Source: a bacterium
Lineage (GTDB): Bacteria > Patescibacteriota > UBA1384 > 2-12-FULL-50-11
NCBI GenBank assembly: GCA_021463485.1
Contig: JAJTYJ010000002.1
Span: forward strand, 32,673 to 96,672
Reading direction: 5' to 3'
DNA: 64,000 nt
Both the position numbers and the translations under genes were made by a program. Below the pieces are notes generated by a model. The model worked only from the letters and a program-made list of their open reading frames with translations. It was not told where the DNA came from and searched no databases. Shown one piece after another: positions 54,442 through 64,000 of the stretch (positions are counted from its first letter, which is position 1; each line of letters begins with the position of its first letter).

Positions 54442-55836
54442 ATGGCAAAAACAACAGTCACCACATCAATCGCTTATATCAATGCCGAGCCCCATATCGG
54501 TTTTTTGCTCGAGTTGGTTGCGGCTGACGTATTGGCCAGGTATTACCGACTGCAGGGCGACGACGTTTTCTTTTTAACTGGTACTGACGAGCACGGCGTA
54601 AAAGTCCAACGAGCAGCCGAGGCGCTCAAACAAAAACCCCAACAGTACGCCGACGCCGTTGCTGCAAAATTCCAGAAGGTAACGAAAGACTTTTCAATCA
54701 GCAACGATTACTTCGTACGAACAACAGACGCAAAACATGTCGAGTTCGTTCAGAAGTCTTGGAAAAAAATAACAGAAGCCGGTGTAATCTCAAAAAGAAA
54801 ATATGAGGGGCTATACTGCGCCGGTTGCGAGGCATTTAAAACCGAAAGAGAAATCGATAACGGAAAGTGCGTTATTCACGAAGTTGAGCTGGAGAAAGTG
54901 GCGGAAGAGAACTATTTTCTTGAGCTTAGCGATCAAACCAAAACCGCGATCCGATCCTGGATCGAGTCGATTGAGCCCGAGACGAAAAGGGCAGAAGTAC
55001 TAAATATTCTCGAAGATTTTGAGGGCGTTAGCGTTTCTAGGCCAAAAGACAAGCTGTCCTGGGGTATTCCAGTTCCAGGCGACCCCGATCAGGTGATGTA
55101 TGTTTGGGTCGATGCGTTGTTAAACTATCTGTCTGCTTTGGTCGCCGCTGACAAATCTGTCGCGGAGTACTGGCCCGCGATCCAAGTTATCGGTAAAGAC
55201 ATCGTCAAGTTCCATGCGGTGATCTGGCCAACGATCCTTCTTGCGCTCGATTTACCGTTACCGAAGAAGCTACTGGTACACGGGTTTATAACGGTAGACG
55301 GCAAGAAGATGTCGAAGTCGCTTGGGAACGTCGTCTCGCCAAACGAGCTTGAAACCCGGTACGGCGTTGAGGCAACTAGATATCTACTACTTCGGCAACT
55401 CAATTTTTACAGCGACTCAAATTTTGTCTGGAAAGAGTTCGATGCGTTATACGAGGGCGAGCTAGCCAACGGCTTAGGCAACCTAGTGAACCGAACGATC
55501 AACCTGTTGGCAAAGTGTCGAGAAAAAGGCGTTGATGTCACACAATACGAACCGAAAATCGATTCGGCGCTAATTTCAGCAGATTTCTCCGGTGAATTGC
55601 AGCGAGTTAACGAACTAATCAGCGCCGCCGATCAGTGGATTAGCGAAGTGAAGCCATGGGAGTGGCTAAAGTCCGGTAAAGTTAGCGCCGATCAAGCGGA
55701 AAATTTACTGCGACAGTCTTCGATTATTGAGATCGCGTCACGACTCGAGCCGTTTATGCCCGAGACGGCAAAAAACATTCGAGCACAGTTGAAATCTCTC
55801 AAACCGCAACCACTTTTTCCGCGCTTGCCGGTATAA
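54442..55836 (+). CDS. metG: methionyl-tRNA synthetase (minimal form)
   Basis: AYINAEPHIGF (HIGH region), zinc knuckle CAGCEAFKTEREIDNGKCVIH, SWGIPVP, YVWVDAL, KMSKS, and anticodon-binding LGNLVNRT. Confidence 0.85.
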   Translation: MAKTTVTTSIAYINAEPHIGFLLELVAADVLARYYRLQGDDVFFLTGTDEHGVKVQRAAEALKQKPQQYADAVAAKFQKVTKDFSISNDYFVRTTDAKHVEFVQKSWKKITEAGVISKRKYEGLYCAGCEAFKTEREIDNGKCVIHEVELEKVAEENYFLELSDQTKTAIRSWIESIEPETKRAEVLNILEDFEGVSVSRPKDKLSWGIPVPGDPDQVMYVWVDALLNYLSALVAADKSVAEYWPAIQVIGKDIVKFHAVIWPTILLALDLPLPKKLLVHGFITVDGKKMSKSLGNVVSPNELETRYGVEATRYLLLRQLNFYSDSNFVWKEFDALYEGELANGLGNLVNRTINLLAKCREKGVDVTQYEPKIDSALISADFSGELQRVNELISAADQWISEVKPWEWLKSGKVSADQAENLLRQSSIIEIASRLEPFMPETAKNIRAQLKSLKPQPLFPRLPV

Positions 55837-55872
55837 CTTGCCAAGACACCTAAAATTGCCCAACATGGATAT

Positions 55873-56724
55873 ATGTGGGCGGCGTTAATTTCAGCGCTAT
55901 CCGGCGCTAGCGGTACTATTCTTGATAAGGTTATCTTGTCGCGTGAGCGAGTAAAGCTCAACGTCTTTTTGCCGCTCTTATTTCTACTATTGTTTGGGTT
56001 CAACTTAATTCTTGTGCCGTTCTTAGGCAAGATTGAGTGGCAGATCGTCCTGCTGCCAAACACGCTATTTTTGGTCTTCTTAATGGTTGTAATTGCGGTT
56101 GCGCATAACGTCTTGTTCTATCAGAGTATTCAGCGCGAGAAGGTGTACCAGCACGAGCTGGTAATGATGATGGGTCCGTTTATTACAATTATTCTCGGTG
56201 CAGCGTTCTTCCCAGAAGAACTCCAAGGAAAGGGGATAATTCTTTTACTATCACTTGTTGCCAGCGTCGCGCTTATTTGGTCGAAAGGAAGTAAAGAACA
56301 TTTTCTTAAAGACGCGACGTCGTATAACGCGCTTCTTGGAGTAGTACTGATGTCAACAGAGAGTATTATTATTCGGGATCTGCTCTACTCAATGACGCCG
56401 GTTGCGCTATACGGAATCCGAACGTTTGTTATCGCGTTGTTTTTCTTCGCTTATTACCGGCCAAGATACGGTCGGGTGAGCGTCCGACACTGGTGGTTAA
56501 TCGCTGCGAGCGCTCTACTCGGACTTGGTTTGATGATCGCTCGTTTCTATGCGTACGCTGATCTCGGTATTGTCTTTACGACGCTGGTCTCGATTTTGGC
56601 GCCGGTTATCGTTTTCTTTGCTTCTTGGGAAATTCTTCACGAAAAGATTCGTCCGCGGATGGTTGTCGCTTCGGTGGTGATTCTAGCCTGTGTTACCTGG
56701 GCGACGGTGCTGACGTTTCGCTAA
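55873..56724 (+). CDS. polytopic membrane protein (EamA/DMT-like transporter fold, tentative)
   Basis: 283 aa with about 10 TM helices in two similar halves. Confidence 0.45.
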   Translation: MWAALISALSGASGTILDKVILSRERVKLNVFLPLLFLLLFGFNLILVPFLGKIEWQIVLLPNTLFLVFLMVVIAVAHNVLFYQSIQREKVYQHELVMMMGPFITIILGAAFFPEELQGKGIILLLSLVASVALIWSKGSKEHFLKDATSYNALLGVVLMSTESIIIRDLLYSMTPVALYGIRTFVIALFFFAYYRPRYGRVSVRHWWLIAASALLGLGLMIARFYAYADLGIVFTTLVSILAPVIVFFASWEILHEKIRPRMVVASVVILACVTWATVLTFR

Positions 56725-57512
56725 TGCGCGCTATCGATACGCACGCACACCTCGATTTCCCGCAGTTTGATCACGACCGTGAACAATTGATCGCTGAATT
56801 GTCTAAGCAAGAGATCGGCGTCATTACTATCGCCACATCGAAGGAATCGAATAACGAAACAGACAGGCTAACAAAGCGTCATCCGCTGGTTTGGGGGACG
56901 CTCGGGATACACCCAACCGATATCAATTCGAAATTAGTTACAGATTTACCAAGGCTATTAGACCGTTTCTCTGAGCAGCTTTCGGCCAACACTAAATTAG
57001 TCGCGATCGGGGAGATCGGTCTCGACTATTTCCGTGAAAAAGACGCGGCAAACATTCAAGAGCAAAAAGTAGTTTTAAGGGCGCTGCTGCAATTTGCGCA
57101 GGAGAAGGATCTACCGATTATCGTCCACTGCCGCGAAGCGTACGGCGATATTCTAACAATCTTATCTGATTACCCGAAAGTGAGAGGCGTTATCCACTGT
57201 TTTAACGGCAACCGCGAACAGCTTCAGAAATTTTTAGCGCTTGGCTACTTCATCTCATACACTGGAATGTTGACGTATCCTGCGAACGAACAGCTGCGCG
57301 CCGATAGTATCTTAGTCCCACTTGATAAGTTACTACTGGAAACCGATGCGCCGTTTCTTTCACCTCAAGCGAAACGCGGTGAACGTAACGATCCGCGCTC
57401 GATCGAAGATATCGCTGACGCCCACGCCAAGTTGCGAGACGTCTCCTCAGATGAAATTTTAACAAAAACAACCGAGAACGCAGTTCGACTATTCACCTTA
57501 GAGGAGCGCTGA
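56724..57512 (+). CDS. tatD: TatD-family metal-dependent deoxyribonuclease
   Basis: IDTHAHLDF, EIGLDY, VIHCRE, and the ETDAPFL motifs. TAATG overlap with the upstream gene. Confidence 0.85.
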   Translation: MRAIDTHAHLDFPQFDHDREQLIAELSKQEIGVITIATSKESNNETDRLTKRHPLVWGTLGIHPTDINSKLVTDLPRLLDRFSEQLSANTKLVAIGEIGLDYFREKDAANIQEQKVVLRALLQFAQEKDLPIIVHCREAYGDILTILSDYPKVRGVIHCFNGNREQLQKFLALGYFISYTGMLTYPANEQLRADSILVPLDKLLLETDAPFLSPQAKRGERNDPRSIEDIADAHAKLRDVSSDEILTKTTENAVRLFTLEER

Positions 57513-57524
57513 TAGTGTAGAGAT

Positions 57525-58499
57525 ATGAACTGGGTAGACGGCGTTATAATTGTGACCTTTCTTATTTACCTGGCCGAAGGGCTACGTCGCGGCTTTATCG
57601 AACAGCTCCTGGAGCTGATCGGATTTTTTATTACCATCTTTGTTGCGCTGTGGACGTACCAGCCGTTAGGTGTTTGGCTGGTCGATAACGTTGGTGTACA
57701 ACAAACAGCAGCGGAGCCGTTAGCATTTTTGTTAGACTGGGTATTCTTACAAGTACTCTATTCGATCGCGCTGCGTTACGCTTACCCACTAGTGCCAGAG
57801 AAGATCCGAACCGCAGTGACGAATCGCGTCGCCGGAGCTGTTCCGGCGCTGTTAAAGGCGACGATTATCGTCGCGGTGCTGTTAACAGTTATCGCGATCT
57901 TACCAGTACCAGAGCGATTAAAAAATGCGGTTAACAACTCGACGCTTGGGAGCGGTTTTGTTGCTCGAAGCGGCGAGGTTGAGTCGCTTCTTAATCGAGT
58001 TTTCGGTCGTGATATCAAGCAAAGCTTAACGTTTTTAACAGTACCGGCGCAAAACGAGGAGATTATCGCCCCCGATGAACGGGTTGATCTAAAATTTACT
58101 ACCGATGACGTTAAGATCGATACGACTTCCGAGCAAACGATGTTGCGGTTAATCAACCAAGAGCGACTTAAGGAGGGGTTGCCAGCGCTAGTATGGGACG
58201 AGGCAGCAGCTAAAGTTGCTCGGGCGCATTCGGTTGATATGTTTAAGCGCGGTTACTTCTCTCATGAAAATCCCGATGGCTTATCGCCGTTTGATCGAAT
58301 GGAGAAGGCCGGCATAACCTACAGCGCTGCTGGGGAAAATCTGGCGTACGCTGCAACTGTCGAACTGGCTCACGCCGGGCTGATGCGCTCGCCTGGACAC
58401 CGAGCAAATATTCTTGAGAAAGACTTCGGTCGAGTAGGGATCGGTGTGATCGACGGCGGAATCTACGGCAAAATGTTTACTCAGAACTTCCGTGACTGA
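57525..58499 (+). CDS. CvpA-family membrane domain fused to CAP/SCP (YkwD-like) extracellular domain
   Basis: N-terminal CvpA-like 4-TM region. C-terminal CAP domain LVWDEAAAKVARAHSVDMFKRGYFSHENPDG ... GENLAYA ... HRANIL. Confidence 0.7.
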   Translation: MNWVDGVIIVTFLIYLAEGLRRGFIEQLLELIGFFITIFVALWTYQPLGVWLVDNVGVQQTAAEPLAFLLDWVFLQVLYSIALRYAYPLVPEKIRTAVTNRVAGAVPALLKATIIVAVLLTVIAILPVPERLKNAVNNSTLGSGFVARSGEVESLLNRVFGRDIKQSLTFLTVPAQNEEIIAPDERVDLKFTTDDVKIDTTSEQTMLRLINQERLKEGLPALVWDEAAAKVARAHSVDMFKRGYFSHENPDGLSPFDRMEKAGITYSAAGENLAYAATVELAHAGLMRSPGHRANILEKDFGRVGIGVIDGGIYGKMFTQNFRD

Positions 58500-58548
58500 T
58501 TTTTCTCCGGAAATTTGCTAGAATTATCGAACTCAAACGGAGTAGATT

Positions 58549-59646
58549 ATGAAAAGTAAAAAACGTGTTGTAGTTGGGCTAAGCGGCGGCGTTGATTCCT
58601 CGGTTGCCGCGGCTCTTTTATTGGAACAAGGGTACGATGTTGTCGGAGTTTTTGCTTTAGGCTGGACGGGAACGAAAGATTTTCCGTGCAACTGGCAGTC
58701 TGAAGAGCGCGACGCTAGAGCGGCAGCCGATACGCTCGGCATTCCTTTTCATACGATTAATCTCTCTGAGGAATACGAGAAACTTGTAATCGATGAGTTT
58801 CTTGCAGCGTATCAACATAACGAGACCCCTAATCCGGACGTGTTATGTAATAGCGAGATAAAGTTTAAAGCGCTCTGGGAGGCGTTGCGACAGTTCGAGC
58901 CAGATTACTTTGCAACTGGTCATTACGCCAAAATTGAAAAAAGTAACGGTAACTACGAGATTCTGAAAGGTAGCGACAACAACAAGGATCAAAGCTATTT
59001 CTTATGGCGAGTCGACAAGAAGATGCTGCCAAAAATTCTGTTTCCGCTCGGTGGCTTAGAGAAGCCAAAAGTACGAGAACTAGCCAAGAAGTTTGGCTTA
59101 CCGACGGCGCTTAAGAAAGATAGCCAAGGGGTTTGTTTTATCGGTCCACTTAAAGTCCGAGCTTTTCTCGAGTCTCGTCTCCAAGTTAGACCTGGCGAAG
59201 TAGTGCTGACCGACGGCCGTGTAGTTGCTCGCCACGAGGGCACGCCGCTGTACACAATCGGTCAGCGTTTGGGCGCAGGTTCGGTTAGTTGGACAGGAGA
59301 TGTGCCGCCACTGTTCGTACTAGCTAAGGATCAAAAGAATAATCGGTTAATTGTTGGTAGTGATGAGCAGCTATTTAGTACGACGTTTACGATCGGCCGC
59401 TGTAACTGGTTGGTGGATGAGAATCAGCTGCCAGCTCGTGCCCTGGTTAAGATTAGATATCGATCAGAAGATATCGCCGCAACCGTTCACCGGAGCGATC
59501 AGGATTTTCAGGTGGAGCTACTTGAGAAGGCTCGAGCGATTACGCCTGGACAATCTGCTGTATTTTACGACGAACACGGCGTATTACTTGGGGGCGGAGT
59601 AATTAAAGACGTCGCTACAATTACTGAGCTACTTGCGAGTTTCTAA
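58549..59646 (+). CDS. mnmA: tRNA-specific 2-thiouridylase
   Basis: PP-loop VVVGLSGGVDSSVAA, catalytic Cys region, and the C-terminal barrel. Confidence 0.9.
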   Translation: MKSKKRVVVGLSGGVDSSVAAALLLEQGYDVVGVFALGWTGTKDFPCNWQSEERDARAAADTLGIPFHTINLSEEYEKLVIDEFLAAYQHNETPNPDVLCNSEIKFKALWEALRQFEPDYFATGHYAKIEKSNGNYEILKGSDNNKDQSYFLWRVDKKMLPKILFPLGGLEKPKVRELAKKFGLPTALKKDSQGVCFIGPLKVRAFLESRLQVRPGEVVLTDGRVVARHEGTPLYTIGQRLGAGSVSWTGDVPPLFVLAKDQKNNRLIVGSDEQLFSTTFTIGRCNWLVDENQLPARALVKIRYRSEDIAATVHRSDQDFQVELLEKARAITPGQSAVFYDEHGVLLGGGVIKDVATITELLASF

Positions 59647-59683
59647 CTGGCAAGATACCGTAAGCAAGTACAACGCTATACGG

Positions 59684-60841
59684 ATGCAAGAACTATCGCC
59701 TCAGCAAAAGCGACAACTCTTTTCTAGGTTACTAGTTACTTTTGCTGTGCTATTGGTGTTCGCGGCGGGGATGGTAGCCGGAACCTCGATGGAGCGTCGC
59801 AAAAGCGCGCTCGATTTAACACAGTTTTGGAACGTTTACGGCTTACTCCAGAAGGAATACATCGGTACTCTCGACAAAGAAAAAGCAGTCGAAGGAGCAA
59901 CAAAGGGGTTGGTTGAGAGCCTCGACGACCCGTACTCGAGCTACCTCCCGGCCGACGAGCGCAAGCGACTCGACGAAGAGTTAAGCGGTCAATTTGACGG
60001 GATCGGTGCGATACTTTCTGAAAAAGATAGAAGAACTGAAATCGTCGAGCTTATCCCAGGTTCTCCGGCGGAGAAAGCTGGCCTAAAAGCAAATGATTTA
60101 ATCCTCGCGGTAGACGATCAGCCGACCGAAGGCTTGGTACTGGACGAAGTAGTTTCTAAGATCCGTGGTCCGAAAGATACGACCGTAACGTTATTAGTTG
60201 AGCGCTCTGGTACCGACGATCCGATTGTTTTCAAGATCACTCGGGCAATAATCCAAGTAAAGAGCGTTAAGTCTGAGATGAAGGGTCAAGTCGGGTATAT
60301 CGACATCTCTCAGTTCGGTGACGACACTGTTGAGGGTGTAACGGAAGCGGTGAAGTCTCTGAAGGACAAAAAAGCCAAAGCGATCATCTTAGATTTACGT
60401 AATAATCCTGGTGGCTATCTTAACTCGGTGCCACCGATCGCCGGACTCTTCTTGCCGCCGTCGGTGATCGTGAAGGAAAAATATAAGAGTGGGAAGACCG
60501 ACTCGCTACGCTCAACGAGTGTACCGATTCTGCCCGACACGCCGCTCTTTATTCTCGTTAACGACAGCTCTGCCTCAGCTTCAGAGATTTTAGCTGGCGC
60601 GCTACAGGACTACGACCGGGCGACCTTGATCGGTGAGAAAACGTACGGCAAAGGCTCGGTCCAGGATATTATTCCGCTCTACGGCAGCGCTGCACTTCGC
60701 TTAACGATCGCCGAGTGGTTAACCCCGAAAGATCGAGCGATTAATAAGATGGGGATAGAGCCAGACGTCGTTATCGAAGACAAGATCGAGGGGACCTCAG
60801 ACGCTGTATTAGAAAAAGCGCTTGAGTTAGCTAATAAATAG
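59684..60841 (+). CDS. ctpA: carboxyl-terminal processing protease (S41 family) with PDZ domain
   Basis: TM anchor, PDZ (GSPAEKAGLKANDLILAVDD), and S41 catalytic region (ILDLRNNPGGYL; SASASEILAGALQD...GEKTYGKGSVQ). The track ORF starts at TTG 59633; the first ATG is at 59684. Confidence 0.85.
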   Translation: MQELSPQQKRQLFSRLLVTFAVLLVFAAGMVAGTSMERRKSALDLTQFWNVYGLLQKEYIGTLDKEKAVEGATKGLVESLDDPYSSYLPADERKRLDEELSGQFDGIGAILSEKDRRTEIVELIPGSPAEKAGLKANDLILAVDDQPTEGLVLDEVVSKIRGPKDTTVTLLVERSGTDDPIVFKITRAIIQVKSVKSEMKGQVGYIDISQFGDDTVEGVTEAVKSLKDKKAKAIILDLRNNPGGYLNSVPPIAGLFLPPSVIVKEKYKSGKTDSLRSTSVPILPDTPLFILVNDSSASASEILAGALQDYDRATLIGEKTYGKGSVQDIIPLYGSAALRLTIAEWLTPKDRAINKMGIEPDVVIEDKIEGTSDAVLEKALELANK

Positions 60842-60878
60842 CTAGTCGAACAACGAACTAACGCGATATAGTAGAGTT

Positions 60879-61112
60879 ATGGCAGAGGAAGCGTTGATTA
60901 CCGTTGGTGAGGCGCAAGAAGTTATTACTCATGCTGGCTTCCCGGGTGGACGTCGGACGTTAATGATGATTGTTGTTGGTACAATCAGCGTTACCTGCGC
61001 AGTACTATTTGTTATGCTTTTACTTTCGTTCCGAGGCGCCAAGACAGGGTTATCGGCGATATTCCCGTTTCTAGAGAAACCAGAAAATCAAACCCTACAG
61101 ATCGAACCGTAG
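60879..61112 (+). CDS. small membrane protein, unknown function
   Basis: 77 aa with one long hydrophobic helix. Confidence 0.35.
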   Translation: MAEEALITVGEAQEVITHAGFPGGRRTLMMIVVGTISVTCAVLFVMLLLSFRGAKTGLSAIFPFLEKPENQTLQIEP

Positions 61113-61151
61113 TCTTGCAAAGACTCAGCGTTGCTCGTATCATTAGCTCAA

Positions 61152-61706
61152 ATGGCATTATGGATTTGGATACTTATCGGTGCGGTCGTTCTCTTTCTGT
61201 TGTGGCTTATTGCTACTTACAACAGTTTAGTAGCGCTAAAAAATAGAACCGATGAGGCGTGGAGCGATATCGATGTCCAGTTAAAACGTCGTTACGATCT
61301 TATCCCGAATTTAGTTGAGACCGTTAAGGGTATCGCTAAGCAAGAACAAACAGTTTTTACCAAAGTAACCGAAGCGCGTGCTGCTGCGATGAACGCACAA
61401 GGGCCGGCCGCCAAAGGAAAGGCCGAGAATATGCTTTCCGAAACGTTGAAGTCGCTATTCGCTGTCTCAGAAGCGTATCCAGATATCAAATCTTCGCAAA
61501 ATTTCCTTCAGCTTCAAACTGAACTGACGGATACGGAAGATAAGATTCAGGCGTCACGCCGCTTCTACAACGCCAACGTTCGGGATCTAAACATTAAGAT
61601 CGAGCAATTTCCAACTTCGCTGTTTGCCGGTATGCTCGGCTACTCACAACGTGAGTTCTTTGAAGCCGCTGAGGGTGAAAAAGAGCCGGTTAAAGTTCAG
61701 TTCTAA
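61152..61706 (+). CDS. lemA: LemA family protein
   Basis: N-terminal TM helix, then ATYNSLVALKNRTDEAWSDIDVQLKRRYDLIPNLV. ATG at 61152; the track starts at TTG 61131. Confidence 0.85.
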   Translation: MALWIWILIGAVVLFLLWLIATYNSLVALKNRTDEAWSDIDVQLKRRYDLIPNLVETVKGIAKQEQTVFTKVTEARAAAMNAQGPAAKGKAENMLSETLKSLFAVSEAYPDIKSSQNFLQLQTELTDTEDKIQASRRFYNANVRDLNIKIEQFPTSLFAGMLGYSQREFFEAAEGEKEPVKVQF

Positions 61707-61746
61707 TACTTTTACCCGCGACTAAACGGGTATAATTACAGCAGAA

Positions 61747-64000
<2,254 letters not shown>

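Overview
This is a gene-dense bacterial chromosomal window, roughly 50% GC. Coding regions strongly prefer CpG-containing codons (CGA, CGT, GCG, ACG, CCG, TCG). Many adjacent genes overlap at ATGA or TAATG junctions, which indicates operons, and several genes begin with GTG or TTG behind good Shine-Dalgarno sequences.

The content is mostly housekeeping. Replication and repair genes are dnaE, dnaX, dnaB, pcrA/uvrD, a 5' partial ligA and tatD. Translation genes are rpmA, rplS, gltX, hisS, ileS, metG, ksgA/rsmA, rsmI, mnmA, a SpoU-type methyltransferase, tRNA-Gln(CTG) and tRNA-Glu(CTC). Envelope genes are murA, a WecA/TagO/MraY-family transferase, plsC, an RpfB-like transglycosylase, ctpA, htpX and lemA. 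A type IV pilus operon (pilB, pilC, pilM, pilN, pilO) lies on the minus strand. There is also a P-type ATPase, two receiver-only response regulators and one membrane sensor kinase.

The gene repertoire is compact and overlap-rich and consists largely of information-processing, envelope and type IV pilus genes. By inference this is compatible with a reduced-genome lineage such as CPR/Patescibacteria (Saccharibacteria-like), but the sequence alone does not prove this.

The most unusual part is a block of about 7 kb (roughly 29,640 to 37,400) that is visibly more AT-rich and uses AGA, AGG, ATA and CTA codons that are rare elsewhere. It carries a three-gene operon: a GlnD/GlnE-type nucleotidyltransferase, a histidine phosphatase and a thymidylate-kinase-like P-loop kinase. 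It also carries a 27-aa CxxC...CxxC zinc-ribbon micro-ORF, an M16-like protein whose zinc motif is HxxDH instead of HxxEH, a 7TM receptor-like membrane protein with an unknown cytoplasmic domain, and a SAM methyltransferase translationally coupled to a sensor kinase whose sensor half shares the foreign codon usage.

Other oddities are listed in the findings:
- PilB has an HU/IHF-like N-terminal domain.
- Ribosomal protein L19 has an acidic tail that overlaps a yraN-like gene across a G6 run.
- A roughly 900-bp region between rpmA and rplS cannot be assigned.
- There is a YefM/Phd-like domain fused to a long polyproline protein.
- There is a secreted M48–CHAP fusion.
- There is a CvpA–CAP fusion.
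- IleRS and MetRS have degenerate HIGH motifs.

No CRISPR array, rRNA or transposase was seen.
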